Source: Steroidobacteraceae bacterium (GTDB taxonomy: Bacteria; Pseudomonadota; Gammaproteobacteria; Steroidobacterales; Steroidobacteraceae). Taken from it: a DNA stretch of 64,000 bases. The notes under the pieces are model-generated. The model was given only the letters and a program-made list of their open reading frames with translations, searched no databases and was not told the origin of the DNA. Positions 54,325-63,502 of the stretch are shown one piece after another (the first letter of the stretch is position 1; each line of letters begins with the position of its first letter). Position numbers and translations under genes: made by a program. The stretch lies in assembly GCA_049517075.1 (NCBI GenBank), contig JBEKSM010000032.1, forward strand, positions 2,169-66,168, read 5' to 3'.

Positions 54325-57066
54325 CTAGGTGAGTTGCGCCAAATCATCCTGCCCACGCCGCGTGCGCCAATGTGCTTTTCCATAGCGCAACGTGAATATC
54401 CGCAGCGCCTCGGTGAGCGCGGCTCTCGATGCCTCGATTTGGCCGCGTTGTTTGAGCAACAGGCCCTGCGTACGGCGCAGCTCGCCGAGAATCGGATGAT
54501 CCCTGGGCAAGCCCGGCAGACCGCTCATGTCGACACGCGCAAGCAAACCTTGTGCCTCGTCCGACTTCCCCTGCAATCGGAGGACCTCGGCGAGCCCAAT
54601 ACGAATTTGCTCGGTCAGAGGATACTCGAGACCTTTTGCGGCCTCACAACGCTCCAGTGAGCCACGCAACATCGAGGCGGCCTCCTCCAGGTGCCCCTGC
54701 GCTTGATAGGCAAGTCCGAGGAAGTAACGCACCAGCCAGGAGCCGTCCCGATCCGTGTCGTGCGGAGAGGAGGAAAGGACGTTGATCACCTCTTGCAGTA
54801 TCGTGCTCGCCTCCGCTGCTTGCCCTTCTTCCAGCTTGAGCTGACCCTGATTTCGGCGAATCTGCAATATGAAGGCGCTATTGTCCGGTACCAATTGCCG
54901 CATGCCGGCCAACGCAAGGGACAGTTCCTGCTCGGCTTCGGCGTAGCGCTCGGTCTCGCGGTAGAGGGCACCGAGATCCATGTGAACGACCTGCGCAAAC
55001 GCGCTTGAATGTCCCGGTGCTCGCTCGATTTGCGTTCGAGCACGAACCAACCATTGCTCTGCATTCGCGAAATCGGCGACGCTAAATAAGCCCGAGCCGA
55101 GCAATCGGGACAGTTGACCGTCAAAATGCGCGGCGTTCGGGAAGTAACGATCCATATCGGCGGAGAGCGATCGCAGCTCCTCGACTTCGCGTATCCAATC
55201 GCCCTGCTGATATTGCCCGAGGGCCGATCTGAAGCGCAGCTGCAGCACCGCGTCGTTTGCCTCGCCGTATTGCCGGCGGCCTGCGACGAGCGCCCTCTCG
55301 GCGTGGGCAACCAGCAACTTGGTTTGCTCCGGCGTATGGTGGAATCCGAGCAGTTGCGCCAGGATGCTGAGGCCTTCCGAGGAACCGACACCCTTGGTCG
55401 ATTCATACAGTTCAAGCGCTCGATTGAGCTGGTCATCCACCTCCGGCAATTCCAACGCCATGTAGGACGCGCCAACCGCGGCATGAATCTCTGCCGCAAC
55501 GTCCGGCGCATCTCGAAAACGTGTGTCGATCTGCGCCGCGCCGGCGTCGAGCACCTCTTTGATCGTGAGGTCGCGTACCGCGCGTTTCGATAGATCGATG
55601 GATCCAAACAGATCCTTACTCAGGAAGCCGGTGACCGCGCGTGTCGCTTCTGCGGCTTGTTCGGCACGGCGTTGTGCTTGCCGCGCCTTGAAATACAATG
55701 AAGTGCTGACTATCAGTCCCACGCACAAGGCCGCGAACGCCAGTATCAAGCCGAATCGGCGCGCCTGCGCGCGTTCCAACACACGCCGCGCCCGTTCGGC
55801 CCGCGCCTGTGCCTCGCGGTCCGCGATCAGCTGGCGCCGACGCTCGTCCAATGTCCGCAAGCGCCGCGCCAGAGCCGCCGCATCACCCAAGCGCTCCGCC
55901 GGATTGCCTTCGGCCATGAGCGCGATGTCCTCGCGCAACAACTCATCGTCGATGCCGCGTTCCCACCCCGGCGACATGACTTTGTGAAAGTCCCCGGCCA
56001 GGAACTGATAGAGAATGATGCCGAGGGCATAAATATCGCTCTTTACCGTGAATGGCTGACCGGCCAATATCTCCGGAGCCAAGTACAACGGGGTGCCTGA
56101 GCTCATCTCCGGCGTCGCGATCGTCTTGGTGAATCCAAGACGGGTGATCCCCAAGGCCTCGAGCCGATTGAAATCGAGCACGCCGCCACTGCCAAAATCC
56201 GCCAATACGATATCGATCGAGTTGCCCGGCAATGGCTTGACCAAAACGTTGGACGGCTTCAGATCCTTGTGCAAGACCCCAACGGAGTGTACGGCACCCA
56301 AGGCCTCGGCAATCTTGGCAACGACCTCCAAGCGATCGGACACCGACATGCCGAAGATGCCGCCACGAACCGCGACCCAGTCGACGAGGCTGCCTCCCGC
56401 GATGAATTCTGCCTCGACAAAATAGGGCAGCTGCTCGAGATTCCAGTCGAGCAGCTTCACAACGCGAGCGTTGTCACCGACCGTGTCATGGATGACCCTG
56501 AACAAGGTGATTTCGCGCTTCAGTGCGACCAACGCCCTTTCTTCTAATGCAAACTTGAAGACGCGCTGCTCGCCGGTCTTGTCGTGACGAGCGCGCCAGG
56601 CTTCGCCGTGCCCGCCTCCACCCAGCCGTTCGACCAGGCTCCAGAGGGGGCGTGCGGGAGGATGCATCCCGGCACAAATATCGAAGCGCACCGGCTCCGC
56701 CGCCGCCGTGGTTTCCACACGAACCGGCGCAACGAAGCGATACCCAAAACCATAGGAAGTCTTGATGATCTCCTGGTTATCATCGACCAGGACATCTCGA
56801 ATCCTACCGATGCACTTGGTGAGCACCGTCTCGCTGAGAATGCGGCCCGGCCACACACCGGCCAGTAGCTCATCCTTGGTACACACCTCACCGGCATGCT
56901 GCAATAGATACATCAGAACTTCGAGCGGCTTACGCTCGAGTTCTGCGTCGACGCCATCCACGAATAACTCATGGGTGCGTTCGTCTAAGACGGAACGCCC
57001 GAAATGCCAGCGCCGCCAAGTCCTGTCAGCGCTCGATGACGTCGCAGTGCTTGCGTGTACGTTCAT
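54325..57066 (-). CDS. winged-helix (CadC/OmpR-type) - Ser/Thr protein kinase - TM - TPR-like sensor protein
   Basis: ORF track, 913 aa. wHTH ERKPLEVLMYLLQHAGEVCTKDELLAGVWPG...GYRF. Kinase motifs LGGGGHGEAW, VFKF, HKDLKPSNVL, ADFGSG, YLAPE. TM FGLILAFAALCVGLIVSTSLYF. About 430 aa of helical-repeat C-terminus. Confidence 0.85.
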   Translation of the reverse strand: MNVHASTATSSSADRTWRRWHFGRSVLDERTHELFVDGVDAELERKPLEVLMYLLQHAGEVCTKDELLAGVWPGRILSETVLTKCIGRIRDVLVDDNQEIIKTSYGFGYRFVAPVRVETTAAAEPVRFDICAGMHPPARPLWSLVERLGGGGHGEAWRARHDKTGEQRVFKFALEERALVALKREITLFRVIHDTVGDNARVVKLLDWNLEQLPYFVEAEFIAGGSLVDWVAVRGGIFGMSVSDRLEVVAKIAEALGAVHSVGVLHKDLKPSNVLVKPLPGNSIDIVLADFGSGGVLDFNRLEALGITRLGFTKTIATPEMSSGTPLYLAPEILAGQPFTVKSDIYALGIILYQFLAGDFHKVMSPGWERGIDDELLREDIALMAEGNPAERLGDAAALARRLRTLDERRRQLIADREAQARAERARRVLERAQARRFGLILAFAALCVGLIVSTSLYFKARQAQRRAEQAAEATRAVTGFLSKDLFGSIDLSKRAVRDLTIKEVLDAGAAQIDTRFRDAPDVAAEIHAAVGASYMALELPEVDDQLNRALELYESTKGVGSSEGLSILAQLLGFHHTPEQTKLLVAHAERALVAGRRQYGEANDAVLQLRFRSALGQYQQGDWIREVEELRSLSADMDRYFPNAAHFDGQLSRLLGSGLFSVADFANAEQWLVRARTQIERAPGHSSAFAQVVHMDLGALYRETERYAEAEQELSLALAGMRQLVPDNSAFILQIRRNQGQLKLEEGQAAEASTILQEVINVLSSSPHDTDRDGSWLVRYFLGLAYQAQGHLEEAASMLRGSLERCEAAKGLEYPLTEQIRIGLAEVLRLQGKSDEAQGLLARVDMSGLPGLPRDHPILGELRRTQGLLLKQRGQIEASRAALTEALRIFTLRYGKAHWRTRRGQDDLAQLT

Positions 57067-57324
57067 CGGATCCCATGTCCCTGCATTTTAGCCGCGTCCC
57101 GTGCGACGTTATTTTTCCATGATGCCAGAAGCATATCCCCGGAACTACGTCCTCGGGAACGGTTTTGGTAAGGCTATAGCCCCTTTATAAATCAATGTCT
57201 TGAAATATTCATTTTCTTTCCCTGAGTTTTTCAGCCTGCCGTCAGGATTTTCAACCTGCGCCTACCTACGTTATTGGCCAGCCGGGGCAAGAAGTTCCGG
57301 CACGAAAACGACGGAGGGGTGCAA

Positions 57325-58536
57325 ATGCCTACACAGACACAATCCCAGAAGACGTTCTGCAAGTACGTACTCTTAAGCCTGTGCGCATTAAGTATGGCCG
57401 GTTGCCTGCGCCCCTACCGAAACTCCGTTTTCGATCCGCCGACCGCGCAATTCCCCGGAATCATCAGCCAGTGGGGCGGGACATCGGGCTCCAACATCCG
57501 TGTTTTGTTCGTCCATGGCATGTGCTCTCACACGGAAGCGAATTGGATAACCGCCGGCTGGGACGTCGTCATCAAAGGGTACTTCCCGGCGGAGACGATG
57601 ACCGAAGCCGCACATTCCACGGTCGGCCAAGTTCAAATCGTCGACCATGACTATCAGATCGGCCCGAACAAGCTCGCCGGCCGTTTCCTGATTTGGTCAC
57701 CACTGACCACGGCCGACAAGGCAAGGCTCAATTTTGACAATCCACCCGGTTATAGCGGGCCTCCCATCTTTACGGGCGGTCAATTCACTTGGAAACGCGC
57801 GACGCTCAATTCGGATTTGAAGTCTTCGCTGCTAAACGACTGCCTCTCAGACGCCATCATCTATGCCGGTTACCGGGGCGCCGACATTCAGACTTCGATG
57901 CAGAACGCCATTTGCGCCGCTTTGGATGGAACGTCCACGAACAACACCTGTGTATTTCCGGCCACTTACGGCCACGGCAGTCGAAAAATCGCCATCGTCA
58001 CCGAAAGCCTCGGCAGCCGCATGGTCTTCGACGCGATTTCCGCGCTCAAGCTCGAGGCGCAAGGCAGAAGCCCCGCCGCACTAGCCGCATTCGACGAAGC
58101 GGTATCGCCCATCACGCAGATCTACATGCTCGCCAACCAATTACCACTTTTCGCGCTGGCGCGACCGGCGCCGGCACCGGCCGTTGCGGGATTGGATGTC
58201 TCGGCATCCCCAACGCCTAGTATGACGACCGCACTCGGCGTGCTGTCGGAAGCCCGCGCAAGGCACCGAGCGAAGCAATCCCTTGACGCACAACGGTCCA
58301 TGGTTGAGGCGCCGCTCAGCCTGGTGGCCTTTAGCGATCCCAATGATCTGCTGAGCTATCGCATACCGCCAAACGACACCGCGATCGTCGGCAACGGCAC
58401 CACAGTCGTCAACGTCATCACGAGTAACGCGGATTCGTACTTCGGTTACGTCGAGAACCCGTACCCCGCGCATACCGCCTACAACCAGAACCCGGACGCC
58501 GTCCGATTACTGTTCGGCGGATCGATCAAGGAATGA
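57325..58536 (+). CDS. lipoprotein, possibly alpha/beta-hydrolase (lipase-like) fold
   Basis: Within ORF 57274..58536. ATG 57325 follows GGAGG. Lipobox LCALSMAGC. IRVLFVHGMCSH and IAIVTESLGSRMVFD resemble an oxyanion strand and a nucleophile elbow. Weak call. Confidence 0.45.
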   Translation: MPTQTQSQKTFCKYVLLSLCALSMAGCLRPYRNSVFDPPTAQFPGIISQWGGTSGSNIRVLFVHGMCSHTEANWITAGWDVVIKGYFPAETMTEAAHSTVGQVQIVDHDYQIGPNKLAGRFLIWSPLTTADKARLNFDNPPGYSGPPIFTGGQFTWKRATLNSDLKSSLLNDCLSDAIIYAGYRGADIQTSMQNAICAALDGTSTNNTCVFPATYGHGSRKIAIVTESLGSRMVFDAISALKLEAQGRSPAALAAFDEAVSPITQIYMLANQLPLFALARPAPAPAVAGLDVSASPTPSMTTALGVLSEARARHRAKQSLDAQRSMVEAPLSLVAFSDPNDLLSYRIPPNDTAIVGNGTTVVNVITSNADSYFGYVENPYPAHTAYNQNPDAVRLLFGGSIKE

Positions 58537-58754
58537 TCTCGATGAAGCGCGACGCAACAACGGAGGGCAAGGAGATGCTTATTTGTCGCTCGGTCGATTC
58601 CTCGATCGGAGAAAAATCGCCGCGATTCTTGATCGGGTCGGGACATTCGCCGGGCTTCCACGAAACTGGCCTTCGGCCTGGTGGCACTTCGACAACTTAG
58701 AAAACCGCGTTCCACACCGTCAAATGTTTGGATTGTTAAAAAAGGGAGCAGGAC

Positions 58755-60314
58755 ATGAGAACCTTCCGTCAATTTTCCACTTTGTTGATGTTGATGCTGA
58801 GCCACCTAGCCGGCGCACAGATCGTTGGCTCCGTGAACGTTGACGTGACGCTCGCCGTGCCCGCCCCGATGCTTTCATACGGCAGCCAAAACATGCCGCT
58901 AAAGGCCGCGAAGGTGCCTGTCATTCAAGGAAAATCTGGAAAACTCCTCGACATCAACGTCCTTGACTACAATCCGGTCTTCTACACCTATACGGTGAGC
59001 GCTGTTCAAACGCCCACTGCCTCTGCCAATGCGCTCGCCGAAATTATCCCCAAACTTCAAGCGTTCGGAAAGGCGGCGACCGGTACCCAAGCGGCGGTAA
59101 ATGCAGCCGGGCAAGGCCTGGCAGGCACGCGATGTAGCACGCGATTGAATAATGTCGATATCACTCGACTTCATGCACAACTCACATCGGCCGCGGTCGC
59201 ATTATCTGACACCCTTCCGACCCATAACACCCTTCCGGACCAATTGAAGTTGCTCGCCGCTGCTACCAGCGTCGCGACTTTGAGATCGACTGCGCAGACA
59301 GCCTATCTGACTTTAAAGTCCTCGAGCGAGGATGCCAAGGATGCTGCGAATAAGCTCAACGACTTATCCACGCTGCTTTTTCAGAGCGTTTCTGCTACCG
59401 GTCAATTCCGCGTGACTTGGTGCGATCCGGGCTCCGCGTCCGAGCGTCACTATCCAGATTTACCTGCACAACCGGCGCAGACGCTCGCGCAGATCCTCAG
59501 CGGTCTTGGGGCAATCTCGACCACCGTTCCTAACGGTGACCAAGGCGCCACACTCGCGCTCGATGAACTCGAGGAGGTGCTCGGGTTCGGCGGCGGATCC
59601 TACAAGGACTACATCGACACGTTCAATCTGTTTGCTAGTTTAGTCGTCCAGTTACAGGTCGTTGGCGTTGCAAAGATTTTGAACACTCCAGACAAGGAAT
59701 GGCCGGATTTCGCGTCGGGCCTTGATAACACGGTAACAATCAACGTGGCGGAAAATAAGTCGCTGCAGCCCCTCCTGACCAGTGTCTCTTCCGACATTTC
59801 CTCGCACGCTGGAGACTACAAGATTGACCTCAAGACCAAAGAACTTATTGATTTCTCGGTCTCTGCCGCCGCGATTTACAGCTTCGTGAAGAACCCGAGT
59901 TACAGCGCGCAAACCGCCAACGCTAAATTGACGATCATGGAGACAAACACGGATTACAACAAGCTATCCGGCGCCGTGGCACTCAATATGACCCCGGACA
60001 AATGGGATTCATATTACGTTCGTCCGCACCTCCAGGTAGGCCTCGTTCCTGACTCCAGCAAAACGGCCGTCTTCCTCGGTCTTGGCTTCTCCGCCGGATC
60101 ACCAGGATCGAAATCCAGCTCCACTTCTGGCTCCTCCAAACAGTCGAGTTCATCTTCGCAGTTGGACTTTAACATTGGCGCGATCTACCAGAAGACGACC
60201 GAGTTGGGCGCGGGCCTGGCCGTTGGACAAACCGTCGCGACAACGCAGGACCTGAAAACCGACACGGCATACAAAGTGGGCCTCTATCTTGGCATTGGCT
60301 ACAGTCTCAAGTAG
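58755..60314 (+). CDS. secreted protein of unknown function with Ser-rich linker and beta-strand-like C-terminus
   Basis: ORF track, 519 aa. Signal MRTFRQFSTLLMLMLSHLAGAQ. Helical Ala/Thr/Leu-rich middle. Linker SPGSKSSSTSGSSKQSSSSSQ. Alternating-hydrophobic end ...AYKVGLYLGIGYSLK. Confidence 0.55.
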   Translation: MRTFRQFSTLLMLMLSHLAGAQIVGSVNVDVTLAVPAPMLSYGSQNMPLKAAKVPVIQGKSGKLLDINVLDYNPVFYTYTVSAVQTPTASANALAEIIPKLQAFGKAATGTQAAVNAAGQGLAGTRCSTRLNNVDITRLHAQLTSAAVALSDTLPTHNTLPDQLKLLAAATSVATLRSTAQTAYLTLKSSSEDAKDAANKLNDLSTLLFQSVSATGQFRVTWCDPGSASERHYPDLPAQPAQTLAQILSGLGAISTTVPNGDQGATLALDELEEVLGFGGGSYKDYIDTFNLFASLVVQLQVVGVAKILNTPDKEWPDFASGLDNTVTINVAENKSLQPLLTSVSSDISSHAGDYKIDLKTKELIDFSVSAAAIYSFVKNPSYSAQTANAKLTIMETNTDYNKLSGAVALNMTPDKWDSYYVRPHLQVGLVPDSSKTAVFLGLGFSAGSPGSKSSSTSGSSKQSSSSSQLDFNIGAIYQKTTELGAGLAVGQTVATTQDLKTDTAYKVGLYLGIGYSLK

Positions 60315-60323
60315 GGCCAGGAA

Positions 60324-61340
60324 ATGACGATCTTTTCCAGACCGACCGCTCGAGCGACCCTTGGGTGCCTACTGCTCTGGGTTATCCATATGAGTTGTCA
60401 CGCCGGCGATCCAAGCGCCCCCGCCGCGCCAACAAGCGAAATCGCGGCCTCGGGCACACCCCCTGTTGGTACCGTATTCCAATCGGTGCTCGATTTGAAT
60501 CAAAAGCCGGGGCCATTTGTCCCCCAGCTGCGGAATGGTGTCGATGCCAATTCCACGGATTGGCCGGTATCATTTTTTGCCAGTTGGAAAGGTGCGGGGG
60601 CATTTGTCGGGTGTACCGCCGCCCTGGTCGGTGCTGAGGTGCTGTTGACAGCGGCACACTGTGTACCGGCGGATCATACCTTGTCATTTCAATTTGGGAT
60701 TACGACATATTCGTCCGATTGCGACTTAAACACTGACTATCTGCGCGCGAATCCGGACGCCTCCGCTGATTTTGCGCTCTGCCTGCTTCGCACGCCATTC
60801 GCGCTGCCGGCCGGATATCGCTTCGAGACAATCGCCACTCCGACGCTCGACTCAGTGATTGGCATTTCCCTCGTATTGACCGGCTATGGGTGTACCGACA
60901 ACCTCGTGAACGTGGGGATACCCGATGGCAAGTACCGCATTGGCGTCAACTCCATCATTCAAACCTCCAATAGCCCGGCGCCGCAACCTCCGTTCTCGGC
61001 CGCATACTATCGGCCGAGCGAATTGAACAATCTTTTGACCGGCAATGCCGGTGCAAACATTTGTCCTGGCGATAGCGGCGGGCCCGCGTTTCAGATTGTC
61101 GCCGGTCCAGAACAAGGTCAGCAATATCCGAATCGACTCTTGATCGGTGTCAATTCGCGCGTGGTATACGCGGACGCAAGTCACTTGTTCTGGGGGCCGT
61201 CTCTGATTTCAGCGACGGGTGGCCCGTCGTTCCGAGCGTGGGCAATTGCCTGGGCCAATGGAAAAAACGGTCAGAAAAAGACAGTTGCGATTTGTGGCCT
61301 CGCCGGAGCGCCTGCACACTGCCGAGGAAGCGGCGCGTGA
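60324..61340 (+). CDS. secreted trypsin-like serine protease (S1 family)
   Basis: ORF track, 338 aa. Signal peptide. Catalytic triad contexts LTAAHCV, ADFALCLL, CPGDSGGPAF. Confidence 0.8.
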   Translation: MTIFSRPTARATLGCLLLWVIHMSCHAGDPSAPAAPTSEIAASGTPPVGTVFQSVLDLNQKPGPFVPQLRNGVDANSTDWPVSFFASWKGAGAFVGCTAALVGAEVLLTAAHCVPADHTLSFQFGITTYSSDCDLNTDYLRANPDASADFALCLLRTPFALPAGYRFETIATPTLDSVIGISLVLTGYGCTDNLVNVGIPDGKYRIGVNSIIQTSNSPAPQPPFSAAYYRPSELNNLLTGNAGANICPGDSGGPAFQIVAGPEQGQQYPNRLLIGVNSRVVYADASHLFWGPSLISATGGPSFRAWAIAWANGKNGQKKTVAICGLAGAPAHCRGSGA

Positions 61341-63502
61341 TCGGCCGGTCGTCGCCTGTATTCTGGGCCGCGCTGGTCGTGAGTCTCCAGGCTGCGGCCG
61401 GACCTGCCGCCATATCCACCGAAGCAGCTCCGGTCAGTCCAAAATTTGCAATCGAAGCCGATCCGACCGCGGCTAAGCGCATCAACCGGTTCCTCGCGCA
61501 AGTGAGTATGCCTACCGAGGTACTCTTACCGACGCACGTCACGGCGCGTCATTTCCTAACGGATCGCTGCGGAGGCGACCTGCCGGATACCACCCTCAAG
61601 TCCGCGAAACGCTCCACGATCGGCGATGCCGCATTCTTACAATTCACGCCCTGCTTGCGTTTTCGTATGGCGGTGGAAATCAAGATACGCGCCGATGAAA
61701 CCCTGGAAAGCCTCGCGGGACGACTAGGATTGAGTCCTGACAATGTCGGCCAATTCGTCCACCTGCGCGCATCATCCACCAGCCGCCGCCCACTCGACCC
61801 AAAGGCGAGTATCGAGGCGGGGGATCGCGTCATCGTCCCTAAGGTGCCGCAATGGACCATCTTTCGAGCCGACGCCACGAAGATTACCGGCATCCATCAG
61901 CTCGTTGACGGGCTCGCGCAGGCGCTTCAGTGCGGGGCCCGCGTCGCCGAAGAATGCCTCATACAACACCACGTCATTGCATTCGAGAATCCCGCGAGCT
62001 CACCGGATTGGATTGCTCCGCCGAATGCGACATCAGCAATAAAGCAGGTCCTCGACTCCGTCGATATCTGGGCCCGCAGCGCAAATGTGATGAGCGATGC
62101 GGCCGCCGCCAATTTTTCCTTGTCGGTCGCCGATACCCACCCGATCGCGAGCAGCCAATGGCCCTACGATCTCGCGCTCGTAACGGCCATATTGAAGGCG
62201 GCCATAGCGGCTCACCCCGAGCTGCGCCCAACGGTGCTGGGCGTTGCCGACGGTGGGCTTGCGGCTAAAGACGGCAAGCCTCTGCCGACAAGCGCATTTA
62301 CGACTATCCCCAGTGACCGAAGCTATGCATACCCGAATGACTCAATTGGAGCGGGAGTCGACCGCTCATCGGAGCCCCAAAACGGAGATGTTGGACTGTG
62401 CCCTCCGGGACAGGATACGCATGTCGCATCGACCTGGCCGCCACTCGCGTTTCAACTGGCGAGCCACGGTTCTGTGGTTGCCTCACTCGCAAGCGGGCTT
62501 GCGTTGCGTAGCGATGCGACGCTACAGAACATCCTGCCCGTCATCGCATTCTTCCGACTCTCGACCGCAGATTGTACTGTCCCGCCGGCCGAGCAACCCA
62601 ACCCCCAAGATGTCTTCGACGCCATCCGCTATCTCGACGGGCGCGCGTCCGTTGTCAACGTCAGCTACATCGACAGCAGTGACAATCCATTCTTTCCCTA
62701 CGCCCTCAAGACCGAGCTCGCAGCGAGCAATACCTTGCTGGTCGTTCCCGCAGGCAACGATGGTGCCGATCTCGACGCTCTGCATCAGTGTCCACCGTGT
62801 TTGGCCAACGCGGATTGGCCCATGTTCGACCCCGGTACGGGCCACCGCGTGCTGGTAATTGGTGCGGCGACTCGGGATCTTCAACCTGCCGACTTCTCGG
62901 GAGGCGGCCGGCACACCGTCTATTTGTATGCGCCCGGCGAACCCTTCGGCGCTGTCGATCTACTCGGCCAGAACGCGACATTCCCGCCGGCCACCTCTTA
63001 TGCCGCGCCTTACGCCGCGATGGCAGCAGCACTGTTGCGCTCCCTCGGAATGAACGATACCGGAGACATCGTCCATCGATTGCGCGCCGCTTCCTGGCCG
63101 CTCGCAGAGAACGGCAGCATTTCCAGCGGATTTGACCGCGGCATCATCGATCTTGCAAAGGTGGCCGCGGCGCGCCTCTATGCGGTCGAAACTCTTGAAG
63201 TCGATGAGGGCGCCAAGGTGCGACGCACCTATGTGGGCCAGCTCTCGCAAAAACTCGATCAATTGGTACTGTGTCCCGGGATTCCCGTCTATGAATCAGT
63301 CGTACAAGCAGTCCGTATTAGCGAGCCCGATGCATCAGGCAATCGGACAGTCACAGCTCACACCAGAAAGGCGGACGTGAATCCGCCGCTGCTGGGCAAT
63401 TGCAAACCCACTGGATCACTCACGCTCACCGATCTCTCGGGGATACAAAGGACTATCCAGATGGACAGTGTTACGGAAATTCTGGCGCCTTGGTTGCAAT
63501 AG
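61337..63502 (+). CDS. secreted subtilisin-like serine protease (S8 family) with LysM-like N-terminal segment
   Basis: Within ORF 61238..63502. GTG 61337 overlaps the S1 stop (GTGA) and opens a signal-like SSPVFWAALVVSLQAAAG. S8 motifs VLGVADGG (Asp), HGSVVASLASG (His), VVPAGNDG (Asn), ATSYAAPYAAMAAALL (Ser). LysM-like IKIRADETLESLAGRLGLSPDNV...AGDRVIVP. Confidence 0.75.
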   Translation: MIGRSSPVFWAALVVSLQAAAGPAAISTEAAPVSPKFAIEADPTAAKRINRFLAQVSMPTEVLLPTHVTARHFLTDRCGGDLPDTTLKSAKRSTIGDAAFLQFTPCLRFRMAVEIKIRADETLESLAGRLGLSPDNVGQFVHLRASSTSRRPLDPKASIEAGDRVIVPKVPQWTIFRADATKITGIHQLVDGLAQALQCGARVAEECLIQHHVIAFENPASSPDWIAPPNATSAIKQVLDSVDIWARSANVMSDAAAANFSLSVADTHPIASSQWPYDLALVTAILKAAIAAHPELRPTVLGVADGGLAAKDGKPLPTSAFTTIPSDRSYAYPNDSIGAGVDRSSEPQNGDVGLCPPGQDTHVASTWPPLAFQLASHGSVVASLASGLALRSDATLQNILPVIAFFRLSTADCTVPPAEQPNPQDVFDAIRYLDGRASVVNVSYIDSSDNPFFPYALKTELAASNTLLVVPAGNDGADLDALHQCPPCLANADWPMFDPGTGHRVLVIGAATRDLQPADFSGGGRHTVYLYAPGEPFGAVDLLGQNATFPPATSYAAPYAAMAAALLRSLGMNDTGDIVHRLRAASWPLAENGSISSGFDRGIIDLAKVAAARLYAVETLEVDEGAKVRRTYVGQLSQKLDQLVLCPGIPVYESVVQAVRISEPDASGNRTVTAHTRKADVNPPLLGNCKPTGSLTLTDLSGIQRTIQMDSVTEILAPWLQ

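Noticed and set aside
49596-63502. Search for a bacterial gasdermin or other pore-forming executioner next to the caspase-like, trypsin-like and subtilisin-like proteases
   Set aside because: I found no cytoplasmic ~240-300-aa candidate with an N-terminal Cys. The S1 and S8 proteases carry signal peptides, whereas those of known gasdermin loci are cytoplasmic. The resemblance is therefore only at the level of domain inventory.
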